From: Vicugna vicugna | Taxonomy: Eukaryota | Length of the DNA stretch: 64,000 bases | Assembly: GCA_013265495.1 (NCBI GenBank) | Contig: MU057781.1 | Location: 808,001-872,000 of the forward strand | Reading direction: 5' to 3' | Part shown: one piece after another, positions 37,081 through 49,206 of the stretch | Layout: the number at the start of each line of letters is the position of its first letter | Position numbering within the stretch: position 1 is the stretch's first letter | Position numbers and translations under genes: made by a program | Notes under the pieces: generated by a model | Databases searched by the model: none | What the model saw: the letters and a program-made list of their open reading frames with translations, nothing else | Told to the model about the DNA's origin: nothing

Positions 37081-38217
37081 TGGCTTTGTGTACGTCACAC
37101 CCAGGTGTGCCCTGACCCTGGAAGCTGGCCCCCTGGGTGGACGGGTCTCCTTAGCAGGACCTTGGTGCTACACTCAGGACTCAGAGGTTTTTCCCATGTT
37201 GGCTCGAGGGTCCTGCCCTGGCCATGTACCTGGCATCCCTCTGGAGGCAGCTTCGGAGCCCCTAGCCCTCCCCATCCGATGCCAGGCGGCTTCACTGGAC
37301 GGGCCTGGGGGCCATGACCAAGCCCAGGGCAGTGGGGAGGCACGGGGTGCTGGAGCGGGGTCCCTCCTGCACACCCCGGGTCAGGCTCCTGTTCGTGGCC
37401 GGCAGCTTTCCCCGCAGCCCTGGGGCGACAGCAGAGGACACAGGTGGAGCCCGACGGTGGGCTGTGGCCGGACAAGTGTCCGGTGCTCCTTTCCTGCTCA
37501 TTGGACCCCCAGCCACTCTGGAGGAGGAGCACGGTGGCAGGTCCCCTTTCACACCTCCCGGCCAGGTGCGCGGCCGGCGGGGTCATTGCCCTCCGACCGC
37601 GAAAGTTGCCGTGCGGAGCTGGGAGCAGTGACGGTGGCAGGAGGTGACAGAGGCCTGGACAGTGGCAGAGGTTTGGGTTTCTCAGTGCGGAAATCTCCTG
37701 GATTTTGTATTTTAAACAAAAGTGGAAGAAGGCTTTGATTCCTGTCCCACGTCACAGTAAGACGTCCTGAGCGCGACTTCTTTCCACTGGGTTTTTATTT
37801 GCAGCGACGTGACCCGCGCTGGGGCTTTGCAGGTCCGCACGTAAGTCAACGCGTGTATGAAGGCGCTTGTCTGTTTCCTGCACTTACCCTGCGGTTTCTT
37901 GTTTCATGATTTCTCAGTGTAAACGTTCTTTATAGGCTTTTTCCTGTGGAAAGTGAAGATTTTGCCACCTCATAATCCCCTATGCTCCTGCCACATGTGC
38001 CCCCAGGCGTAATTTTTGGCTAAATCAAGATTCAGCGTTGATATTTAAAATTGCAGCTTGTCCATGTAAAGAACTGTGAAGATACTTTATCTGTGTTCAA
38101 CTCTGTTCTCTGCAGACTCGAATTTGCCTCATTTGGGGTAGTTTTTATATTATCACCATCCGTCCGCAGGTTTCTGAGAGAAATCGGAACCTCTCAGTGC
38201 CTTCAGACACATTAGAG

Positions 38218-38640
38218 GTTTGTTTCAGTTGCGGTCACTCTGTGAACGAGCTCCCCAAAGCACAGTGGCTACAAACCCCGCTGGGCGGGCATTCTTGTGA
38301 TTCTGTGCCCCTGGGCAGCGGTGTCCACGGGCTGAGCGTTCTGAGAGGCTCACCTGGGTGGCCAGCCCCCCCCGCGTGTGCACACACCCTCAGACACACA
38401 CACATGCACAGACACACAGACACACAGACAGACGTACACACACCCCCGGGGCCCTCCGTGGGGCTGGCTGGGCTCCCTCCCAGCATGGTGGTCTCAGGCC
38501 ATCCGGGGTTTTGTCACCGTGGCTCACGGCTTCCGAGTGGACGCTGCCACTGTCCCCCGGTCTGGGCCAGGAACCGCCTGCATCACTCCCACTTCCTGAG
38601 ATGGCGCACGTCACAGAGGGCCACCCCTTCCAGGATCTGT
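38218..38640 (-). mobile_element. Diverged MLT1-type LTR with an internal (CA)n tract (38378-38443)
   Basis: ccccaaagcacagtggct...gattctgtg; gggctccctcccagcatggtggtctcagg; gcatcactccc. Confidence 0.55.
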
Positions 38641-39531
38641 GGCTGGCAGCCCTCTGTGGGCGCCCCCGTTCTTGGGGCCACTCTGCCCAGCAGGACGTTA
38701 AGCCCCTGGACACCTGGCCTCTCCCTTCTGCCTTCCGGGCTCCCTCCTCCGAGAGCCTTCCGTGACCAGCAGAGAGGAGGGTGGGGGGTTCTGGTGGAGA
38801 ACGCTCCCCCTGGCTGGGTGGACTTAGGTAGCCTCCCCTCCCTGGAAGCCCCTGCCTCCTTTAGGGAGGGGCTGGCCCTGAGACGCTGGGCTGAGGCGTC
38901 CACTGTCCCTGCGGCCAGCTCTCCCGGCTCAGGGACAGCCGTCGGAGACTTGGTAGACTCATGGCAAGTCAGGACATCTCAGGAAGCAGGGCTGAAGCCA
39001 CGGCTCCCCACCAACCTGGAGAAGGATCTGTCCCCCTGACCCTCAGAGGTTCTCCTAAACCAGGAGGGCACCTCTGGTGGGTGGGGGCTCCCTGCTGGGG
39101 GCATGTGTCTCTCGGGTGTCGATCACACCCTGACGGCCCCACATTTGGTTCTTCTGAGCCTTGAGCCTGGGGCCCGTGCACGGCCATTAGCTCCCCAAGG
39201 CCCTGTTGTAAGTGGCTGGGAGGACTCAGACGGCCTCCCTCTGCCTTCTATGTGCCCGGCCCTGGGGCTGCAGGGCCAGCCTTCCCTGGGCAGGTCAGGG
39301 CCCCGGGTAGGTGGGGTACGGGCACGGGGTAGCAGATGCAGGGGTCAGGGGGCACCGAGGGAGGTGGGACTCCCAAGATGGCGAGGGCCGGCAAGAGTTT
39401 GAAGAGTTGGGGGTCTCTGGACCTGAGGGAGAGGGCGCAGGTGGGGGCTCTGGCCTGATGCTGGGACCCGAGGGGCCTGCCGCCCTGCACTCGACCCTGA
39501 GGTAACCTCTGCCCCTTTCTGCTTCCCCCAG

Positions 39532-40200
39532 GTCACCGACGATGAGGGCACGGCTCTTCTCCTGCAGCTTCTGAGTTGGGGGGCGCCCTCCGCACCCCTG
39601 TGCTGTCCAAGGACCCTGCGCGCCTCCTGGCCAGCTGCGAGCAGGAACGCGGGCCGGGGGGTCAGCCTGCTCCTGGCCTCCCAGGGAGGAGCAGGCTGTC
39701 TGGCCACGAGGGCAGAGCCCGCAGCACAGAGGCTCTTCTCCGCCGAACGTATTTATTCCTGAGACTCAGACTTTAGCTTTATCTGGTTGGTGAAGGACCA
39801 GGGGCCCAGCAGTGAGGGTGGCCCGCCGGGTCAGGGTGCCGTCTGGGAGCGCTCCCCTCCCTGCGGACTTCAGGGTCCTTCCTCCCAAGCCCCCGGGCGG
39901 CGTGGTCTGTGCTCCCGAGAACCAGGACCCGCCTGCGCCGCCCCCTCCTTGGCCGCCCAGAGCGCGGCCCCAGCGGGCGCCCGGCGCTGGCCTCGGCCTC
40001 CGGGCCCAGATGCCGTGGGCGCTGCCTGTCCTGTGCGGAGGTGACGAGGGCTGTCACTTTGAAATCAGACTTCAGCGTTAAGAGGACAAACCCTTGCCTG
40101 TTGTTTGTAAGAGTGCGTCCGCTCCCCTTTTTGTCACTTTAAAGACCAAAAAGAAGAAAGAAAGAAAAAGAAAAGGAGCCTGCTTTTTCTGTGTTTAAAC
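39532..40200 (+). other. PWWP2B: PWWP2B terminal exon 3 (3'UTR; 39532-39545 is coding in the short isoform). The 3' end is uncertain.
   Basis: Branch-like gtaac, a long pyrimidine tract ctctgcccctttctgcttcccc, then CAG|G. It completes W-G-H-R-R-stop from the internal donor, similar to a recalled human short-isoform ending. A UAUUUAU element lies near 39750. Confidence 0.8.
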
Positions 40201-41860
40201 GTGAGCCCAGAGGCGGGTGCTGATGCTGCCCCACCCGGCTCGGCGCCCTGAGGGCCCAACAGCCTGGGCGGCGGCGGCCCTGAGCGGCCGGCTGCTGCGG
40301 CCTCCTTCCTGGCGAGGTGGCGCTGTTCTCGGCGCTCCTCCCGGGAGGGCACTGGGCCCAGCCCCGTCCCGCCTCCCTCACGACTTTGCTGCGCAGGGCA
40401 GCCGCTCAGGGGCCCGGAGAGCTCTCTTCTCGTTTCTCCCTGTGACCCCTCGGGCCCCCGTACCCCTGGTCTGCTCATTTGGAGCCGAGGGCCATCCTAG
40501 GCCGGACAGCGGGGCCTTGGCCTGTCCCGGCTTTGCTAGGATGTTCCTGCTGTGAGAGCTTTGCCACCCTGGCTGGGACTGCTCCCGGCCAGGCCGGTGG
40601 GGCCTCCCCAGGACAGAAGGGGCTGGGGCCCTCCCTCGCGGTGCCTGTGGTTCCGGGCCTGACCCTCCGGGGGTGTGGGCAGTGGGAGGACGTGGTTTTC
40701 AGACATTTGTAGCGGCAGAGACTTTTTCTCAGACAAAACCTTTGGGGTTCTCACTGCGGACCTGCAAGTCACCACAGTGCCCAGCCTCACAGCCGGGGCG
40801 ATGGGAGGCGCGTCCCAGCTGGTGGCCCCTGAGCTGGGCCTGCGGGGTTTAAAGGGTGGTGTGGCCCCCCTGCTATGCCAGGGGCTGGTTGGGGCCTTCC
40901 TTTTTCTGGAAGGTTTTTTTTCCCCTCTGGTTATAAAACAACCCCTGTTGGTGGTAGAAAATTAGTAATGTAAAGCCGAAAAGAAAAGAGAAACGCCCTG
41001 GCCCCAACCCCGGGGACTCCTCTGGGCCTTAGACCGTGCGCGCCCTGCCTTCCTGACCTCAGGCCGCCCGGGCAGCTCTGCCCAATTCGCCTTCCCAAGC
41101 TGCGTGTCCTGGGACCCCACCCTGCCCCTTTCCCACCCTGGGCCTGGGGCGTCTCCGGGAGGAGCTGTCAGTGGTCTGGGACTGGGGCTGAAGGCAGCCT
41201 CTGTTGGGCTCTGTCCCCCTACCCCGTCCCCCCTCCCGCATCCATAGGCTCCCACAGAGAAGGGAGCTGGCTTCTGCCTGGCCATCATCCCTGGCCATCA
41301 TCGGCTGAGGTAAGAAATGACTGTGGAGGAGACAGGGAGGTGGGGAAACCAGGTGGGGCCCAGGCGCCCTGCTGGCCGGGAGGGAGCCCCATCCCTGGCC
41401 TGAGAGTGGCCCTGGTCTGCTGGGGCGAGCTCAGTGTCTCGTGCCTCTCCAGGACACTCAGAACCCCAGGGAAGCTTCTGGCCCAGCTTCTCAGGTTGGA
41501 GGCACAGCCCCCCTGGGGCGGCCTTGTGGGGCCCTGGGTCCAGCCAGCCACGCAGTGACCAGGGCCGGCCTCCCTTCCTGCCCCGCCCTCGGAGGCATCC
41601 TGGCAGTGCCGGCCGATTTATTTTTAGCTCCGCCTGCCGCTAGCGTTGCCTTTCACCTCCGGATCAGAGGCCTGGGGCAGGCGGCCAGCGCCACTGACCC
41701 TGAGATTTACAGACTGGCGGGGCGTGGAGAGAGGCAGAGCAAGGGGGCTCCCTTCCTTCTCGCTGTGGCTGGGGGCGGGGGGGCCAGGCCTGGGGGTGGG
41801 GCTGAAGGAGCCGGAAGCAGGAGTCGGGGTTCAGAGTCCTCATTTTTCAGAGGAGGAAAC

Positions 41861-41911
41861 NNNNNNNNNNNNNNNNNNNNNNNNNNNNNNNNNNNNNNNN
41901 NNNNNNNNNNN
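41861..41911. other. Assembly gap (51 N)
   Basis: Run of n characters. Confidence 1.
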
Positions 41912-41937
41912 CAGGGGTTTGGGGGTGGGGGGGGAGT

Positions 41938-42200
41938 CTCGATCAGCTCAGGCGGTAGTACAGAGTACCAGGACACGTATTTCTCACTGTGTGGAGGCTG
42001 GAAGTCCAAGGCCAGGTGCCGGCTGACCCAGTGCTTGGCGAGGCCCCTCCTGGCTCTTTCTCTCTGTGCGGCTGAGAGGGAGAGCCTGGTCTCCTCTGGG
42101 AGGACACCGATCCCATCCTGGCGTCTCACCCTCATGACCTCATCTAAACCGAGCCTCCCCGAGGGCTCATGTCCAATACCGTTGTGCTGGGGGTGTGCTG
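41938..42200 (-). mobile_element. MLT1A-like LTR
   Basis: tatttctcactgtgtggaggctggaagtccaag...caccctcatgacctcatctaa...ccaatacc. Confidence 0.85.
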
Positions 42201-44139
42201 CGCCCTGTGGATTTTGTGGATTTCTCAGCCGCGTGGTTGGAGGTTGTGGTGAGGGTGGACGCACCGCCTTCCTGGTGGAGGCAGAATCCCAGGGCCACAG
42301 ACGCTCCAGCTCAGTTAGAACTCAGTGAGGGTAAAACGTCATTTCCCCGGCCAAGTTCACGGACCTGCTTGAGGGAAGAAACACCCGAAGCTGGTGCATC
42401 AGGAGGACATACGCCAACAGGAGTAGAAACCGTGTTTTCAAAACCTGATTTACGTGGTTTTTGGAATCTCCGTCCTCACAAGTAGCCCGGCCAGCTCAGG
42501 GCGGACTCGGTTACCTCACACAGACAGAAAATGGGTTAATTAGGAGAAGTCGCTCAGGCTTCACGCGGGAGTGTAATTAGCGCCCATCCTCACAGCAGGC
42601 ACAACGGCTGCATTTTAATGACCTTAGAGACAGGAGAGCTGCTGCCCCAGCTCTGGAGAGGCCTCAGGGCAGACCCCCTGCCGCTCCCAGGGCGCGGCCA
42701 GGGCACCGCCGTCACCTCCTCGTCCCCGCCGTGTCCTCACGGCTCCTCCTGCGCCCTTGTGTGCAGGGTGCCTGGGATGAACAGGGCTGTGCCAACTCTT
42801 GAGTGCCATGCACGGACGAGCCCTGCAGAGCAGGCGCTCGGGGTCTCCACCTGGGCGCCCAACCCCAGCCCTCTTCTGGCTCAGCGCAGCGTCCAACTGG
42901 CCTCTTGCTCGCCTGCCCCGCCCCCACCCCATTTTCTCCCCGACTTGTTTTGACCCCCTTCCTCCCCGGAGTCCCTAAGCTCAGGCAGGCACCCTGTCCC
43001 CCAGCCACCATGGCCTGTCGAGCCCTCCTTCCCTGGAGGCCCAGGCAGGATTGGCTGGTGGGCCAAGGCAGGAGTCTTTCCCGAGCCGCTCCTCCAAGCG
43101 GGTGCTGGTGTGGGAGTGGGGAGGCTGGGCAGCCTGTCCGGAGCCCGAGGGGCAGCTGGGTCAGTCGGGCTGTGACTTGCATGTTGACCTGCGCCCCAGG
43201 GGCTCAGCCACCGAGCAACCCTGTCCCTTCGGGGGTGGCTGCCACCCCTCCACGTGGGGTCAGACTCTGGGCCCGTGGGGCAGGGTGTGCTGGCGACTCC
43301 CCAGTGGGAAGGCCAGGGGGCTGCTGCCCCTGCCCCAGCCCCGGCCTCTCACAGCCGGCCCTTCTGACGCCTGCCTGCCCCTCCCTGACGCCCCTGCCCT
43401 CCTCCTGCCCCAAAGGCAGGCCCTGGCACACACACCCACTCGCCACTTGTCCTGAGCCAGCCAGGCCCCCAGGGGAGGGGCCATCTGAGTCTGGGCGGGG
43501 GGGGGGTCCTACAGAGCCTCTGTGTCTGTGGGACCTTCCAGGGTGGTGTCTGCCTCGCTGGGTATTGTTCTCCCAGAGGGATGGGCTCCAGGCCGATTTG
43601 TCCTGGGCTATGTGGTCACAGCACAGGGTGAAGCTGCTCAGAGCCAGGCAGCCCGCCTTTGACCGACCACGTGCCTTCCCGTCTGCCACCCTTGGGACCC
43701 CCTCCTCCAGGAAGCCTTCTGGGCTGTCCACCCTTGCTCCCTCTACAGAGCTCAGGGGCCCGATCCTGACCGGACCAGACGTTCCCTCAGACTGATTCTG
43801 CCCCAGGTCCACAGAGAGGGGACAGGTGGAGGGGGCTGGGGCAAAGGGTCCGGGTGAGGGCAGGCAGCCGGTGCAGTGACCAAGCAGTCCTGACGGGAAC
43901 TGGCACCTGCTGTGCCCTCGTCGGCCTCCAGCCGGCGCCCACTCGCAGCTTGGGCTCTAGGCAGGCTCAGGGTGGGGCTTGTCTGGCACATGCTGGAGGC
44001 CCCCGAGACTCTGCAATGCCATGCTGGTGACAGCGTTTCCTAGGAAACTGCAGCCAGCTGCTGGGCCGCCTGCCTGTGGGGGTGGGGGTGGGGCTGCGGC
44101 CGGTGCAGGCAGGGGATGCCCAGCAGGAAGGAGCGTCCC

Positions 44140-44300
44140 TGTACGTGTGTGAGCGTGGGGGTGTGTTGTGTGTGTTGATGGGGGGATCTGTTTGGGAGTG
44201 TCTGTGTGAGCCTGTGTGATTGTGGGTCTTTGTGGGGCGTGTGTCTGAGTCCTGGGTCTGTGTCTGGGTGTCACGGAGGTGTCTATGTGGTGTGTGTACC
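44140..44300. repeat. TG-rich low-complexity tract
   Basis: Degenerate (TG)n. Confidence 0.75.
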
Positions 44301-45829
44301 TAGGGGTCTGGGTTTCAGGATGGCAGCCACTCCCAACAGTGCCAAGATGCGTGTCAGCCAGCCGGGCTGCTCACCCCTCCCGCCTGCCCGGCAGAGGCCG
44401 GAGGCGCTGGGCCTTGGGACACTCCCATCGACAAAGAGCAGGGGGGCCTGCAGCGGTCACTGGGGCCGAGCCCAGGCCTGGCTCAGAGAAGGTGTGACCG
44501 GCTGATAGGGCAGGCGAGGCCAGGCCTGCTCTCAGCAGGAAGTGGCTGGTGCCTCCCGTTGCCCGGAGGGTCCTCAAAGCCCCCTGCCCGCAGCTTCCTG
44601 CTGGCCCCTCACTGTCCCCGCCCAGCCTGCCGCGTGTCCTCCACTCACGTGCCCGTGGGCCCTGGTTGTGTGTGTCTGGAGGTCTCCCAGGCTCTTGGCT
44701 CCTGCAGACCTTAAGACTCCATGTGCTCTGGGCCACCGTTGGGGGTCAAAGGCTGAGTTGCGGACAGCATAGGGGTGCAGGTCATGGGGACCTCAGAACA
44801 CAGTGGGGACCAGGGTGTGCTGATGCCAGGCTCCTGGGGACCCCCTCCATCTGCATGTAAATTTCTGGGCCACACACAGTGCAGAAGGTCCTGGAGCCTG
44901 GGAACCAGAGAGGAGGAAAGACAGTTGTGATTGTCCCCTGGGGACCGCGGGCCTGCTTCAGAGGTGGGGCACCCCGCTCTGTGGTCTGTGGGTGGGTGGG
45001 GACTGGCTGGGAGACCCAGGGACTTTGGTGGCCCCTGTTTCTGCCTAGGTGCAGGCCCTGGGCTGGGGGGCCCAGGAGGGGCAGGGCCAGGGTGGGGGCT
45101 GGTTCCTGGGTGGCACCAAGGACAGTCATCCCCAGGGCCTGCCAGCTGGGGCACAGCTGTCCCCGGCGGTCCTTTCCAGCCGCAGGACCATCCACAGAGG
45201 CTCAGTGACCCGCCCAGCCTGCCTACCTCCTTGTGGGGAGCCCGTTGCCCCTCTCTGGGGGACTGTGTGGCCCAAGGCAGGGCACAGTCTCACCTTGCCA
45301 GGAAACCTGGATGCTCCAGGCACCCTCAGAGCCTGCACCGCGTTCATTCACTCCTTCGTTTGTTCATTGTTCCTCCAGCCCCTGTGGGGCTCCAGGCTCC
45401 AGAGGACCGAAGTAGACCCCGAGCATCTGTGCCTCCTGCACTCTCAGCTTCAGTTCTCGGCCTAACAGATGCTGCACCGCAGACGCGTTGCTTTGCCCCC
45501 ATGACCCGTGAGGGGAACTGTGCCTCGAAGAAGGAACCAGCCACCCAGGGGGAATCAGAGGGGCTTCCAGGAGGAGGCCATCTCCAGGCTGACGCTGAAG
45601 CAAGAGCAGGAGTTGGCTTGGGAGGCTAGAGTGAGACTTTCTGCATAGTTTGCATGGCCTGGTGCAGAGCGTGGTCCTCTTGGTCCTGCCCAGACATGGG
45701 GTCCTGTAGAAGGAAGTATGTGCATGGGTGCTAGTGGAGGACACAGCAGAACCATGGAGGTGAGCCGAGGAGAGGCACTGGGAAATACGGGGCCTGGTGC
45801 AGGCCCCAGAGACGTGCCAGCCTGGGCCT

Positions 45830-46057
45830 GGGGGGCTGGAGGGACTGTGGATATAGGGGGCTGAGGGGGCTGGGGATTAGGACCCTAGGGGCCTGAGGAT
45901 CTGGGGGCTGGGTTATTGGAGGCTTGGGGGACTGGAGGACTATAGGACTGGGGGCCTGGGGATCTGGGGACTGGAGGACTGGTGGCTGGGGATCTGGGGC
46001 CTGTGGGACTGGGGGGCTTGGGGACTGTGGATCTGGGGGCTCGGGGGCTGGGGACTG
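45830..46057. repeat. G-rich degenerate tandem repeat (ggggactgg/ggatctgggg); G-quadruplex prone
   Basis: Many G4-6 runs separated by actg/atct/gct spacers. Confidence 0.85.
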
Positions 46058-47698
46058 TCCCAGGCAGGTCTGCAGTGTGGGCTATTTAGAACCTTGGGGG
46101 GCTCCTTGGGGGATAATGGTGTAGGGACAGGCTGTGAGGCCGCTACTGGCAGGTGAAGGGGGCACAGGCTGAATAGGGCAGGTGAGGGGTGGCTCACCCC
46201 CAGCCCAGGAGTGGAGCTGTCCAGAAAGCAGGTGCTCCCGGTGCCCCACGTTTGCCTTGTCCTGAAGTTGGCCCGGGTGTGTGTTGGGGGGAGGGGCGGG
46301 GCTGGGCCTCAGAGGTCGCTGAAGCCCCGCAAGCCCGTGGAGGCTTGGGGCCACTCTGTGACTGAGGCGTCTGCTCTCCCTTCCCCGGCTGGGCTCCATG
46401 AGGAGCAGCCCGGCCAGGCACCTGTCCTGCAGGCGCGTGGATGGACACAGAGCAGGGGCCAGGCCTGGGGGTGCACAGGCCCAGCCCCAGCCCACAGAGG
46501 CCCCCAACGGGCCCTGACCCCCAGGGACAGGGAGCAGCGCCCTGAGGCCAGGCTGGGGCGCTCTGAGGGGCCCGCTGTGCTGTGAGTGCAGAGACGGGGG
46601 CCCCAGGGAGGCCCTTTGTAGAGCAGGGAGGTGGCCACCTCCCTGTGCCCACCTCCCGGGGAGAAGGGGGCTGCGAGGTGGAGCGTGACGGGGGAGGGGC
46701 TGGCAAAGAAGAGGCACCCTGTGACAGGTCGCTCAGGCAGCCCCTCTTCCCACCAGGCTGCCTGCCTCTGTCGGGTGGGCTCCCCCCCGCCCACGACCGC
46801 CTCTCCCCCACCACTCTGCTCCCCATGGCGTGGTCCATCCCTGAGGGAGCTGCACACTGGTCCCAATATATACATTTTCCTCTTTGCTAATTGGAATCTG
46901 TCTACCTTAGAGGCAAATGAAAGAATTAAATATGCAGGATTTGCAGTGACTGTTTTAAACAGGCACGCTTCCCCCCCTTGAACTAATGTTGGTTAAGGAC
47001 AAACAGGATGTCAGTGCACAGCCGACAGGGACCAATGACCACTGAGGCCTCCATCCCTCCCAGAGCCTCCATCCGGGGGACACGGCCGGGCCCTGGGCAT
47101 GGTGCCAGAGCGCCCGAGCGCGGCGGCGCCCCCACCCTGGCCCCCGGCTGCCGGCCCCGCCCACCCGAGCCCCAGGCGCAGGGACGTAACCGTAACCCGC
47201 AGCGGAAATCAGTTCTCCCGCGGCGAGCCTTTCTGCAGGAAGGGAGACTGTCAGCCCTCGTCCAACGTGAGCACCGGCTGGGGGAGAGGGAAGCGGTTCC
47301 GTTATGCAATCGTTCTTGAGTCTAATTTAGCACGGAGTCCTCTTGGGCTCCGAAGTGACAGCACCACCCTGGCTTTGACGGGGAGACCGGGCTGTGTTCG
47401 AGCTAACCCAGCCACCTTGGACACCAGGCCGGGCGCAGCAGCGCCAGCAAGCCAGGGGCGTTTAGCCCCGCAACTCCGGCGCCAGAGAGGCCAGGAGAGC
47501 GGAGGGGTCCCCTCCAGGGTCAGGGTGCCGGGCAGTGCCCGGCGGCGGGGCGGGGGGTGGAGGGCCCAGCCCTGGCTCGCTCGGCGTTCCGGCGTGGGTG
47601 CGGTGAGCAAGCTGGGAGGAGGCCCGGGTCCTTGCCCGCTCAGACGCTGGCCCCGGTCGCATGCAGTCAGGGCGCTGGAGTGGGGAAGGGCCCAGTTG

Positions 47699-48854
47699 CT
47701 GTGACGGTGAACTTCACGTGTCAGCTGGGCTGTTCAGTCAAACGTGGGTCCAGATGTTGCTGTGAAGGTGTTGTTTCAGATGAGATGTAACTTCGGCAGT
47801 CAGCAGACTTTGAGGAAGAGGTCTGCCCCCTACGGAAATGCACCCTTCCCGTCTCTCCTCTCCTCACACACAGAGGGCTTCTGACAGCAGACGTGCGGGC
47901 CTCCCCCCTCCCCCAGCAATCCTCCGACAGCAGCTGGGCATCCTACGGTGCAAGTTAACTCTGACGCCAGCTCCGACCCCCCAGGGTGAGGGTGAGGGCC
48001 CACGAGACTGCCCCTACTCCGGACACCGGTCACCTGCAGCTTCTGCCTGACTTGGCTGCACATCGGGGGACCCCTAAACCATCGGCTGGAAGAGCTGCCA
48101 GAGCTCAGGGAAGCGCTCACCTCCATCGACCCTGTGTTATACGGAAAAGGACACAGATGACCAGCCGGATGCGGCACACAGGGCGAGGTCCGGGGCTCCC
48201 ACGTGCGGGAGCTCCTGTCCCTGGGGAGCTGGGATGCGTCACCTTCCCAGTATGTGGATGTGCTCACCAACCTGCAGCCTCTCTAGAGCCTGACCTTTAG
48301 AGACTTTAACGGCGGCTTCATCACTTAGGCATGACTCGCCCCTAAGTCAGTCTCCAGCCCCTCTCGCCTTCCCAGAGCATGCTGGGGTGAGGCTGAAAGT
48401 TTCAGGTCCTAATCTCAACTCGGTCTTTCTGGTGACCAACCCCACCCAGGAGCCCACCGGAGTCACCTCATTAGAACAAAAGACACTCCTGTCACCCAGG
48501 AAGTTCCAAGGGACTGAGGAGCGCTGTGTCAGGGACTGGGGGTAGAGGCTGGTATACACTTTTTCCTGTTATTTCACACCCTCCAACCTGTGGTGGGCCT
48601 CATCCAATCAGTTGTAGGACATAGGAGAAAAAATCTGAAATTCCCCAAGGACGAAGGGATTCTGCCTTCACACATAAACTCTTCCCTGGGTCTGCCGACC
48701 GCCGGCCTGCCCTGCAGACTTCAGACTTGCCGAGCCCCCACAAAGTGTGAGCCAAGTCCTTAAAATAAATGTCTTCCTCCCTCTCCCCTACTCCCCCCGG
48801 CTCCGCGCACACACGTCCCAGCGGTTCTGTCTCTCTGGAGAATCCTGACCAGCA
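47699..48854 (+). mobile_element. MLT2 (MLT2C/D-like) ERVL LTR, split by a nested LTR
   Basis: 5' part tgtgacggtgaacttcacgtgtcagct...cagactttgag...tgccc (to about 47828). It resumes at 48579 with ggtgggcctcatccaatcagttg...ccttaaaataaat...ggttctgtctctctggagaatcctgac. Confidence 0.85.
47829..48578 (-). mobile_element. MER21-like solo LTR nested in the MLT2 LTR
   Basis: cccacgagactgccc, acagatgaccagccggatg, gctgaaagtttc, ggtctttctggtgacc and agtcacctcattagaacaaaagacactcct match recalled MER21B/C. The element ends ...tttcaca. Confidence 0.85.
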
Positions 48855-49039
48855 GGTGGCCCAGCGGTGAAGCTAGAAGTGGGGCATTCCGCTGGGAGAA
48901 GGGGCAGAGCCCACAGACACCTTGCCCACCCCTCGGGGCTGCCACCTCCCTGGGCCCGCTGGTCCTCCATCCTGGGTCCGGTTCAGCTGCCGCTCGGGGT
49001 CAAGAGACTGCCAGCTCCAGTGCTGGGTGGGGACCGAGG

Positions 49040-49206
49040 GCAGGCAGGGAGCACGGGGCAGCTAACAGGCTACTCAGTTGGACTTGAATTTCAGACAAAC
49101 GATGGATGAAACAGGCTTATGCTACAATTATTCGCTGTTGGTCAGAAATTCAAATTTCACTTTGCTTTACCTTTGATTTTTTAATTTGCCAGCCCCGCCC
49201 ACCCTG
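49040..49206. mobile_element. MER53-like palindromic non-autonomous DNA transposon
   Basis: Internal inverted arms ttgaatttcagacaaacga / ...ggtcagaaattcaaa resemble recalled MER53. Confidence 0.75.
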
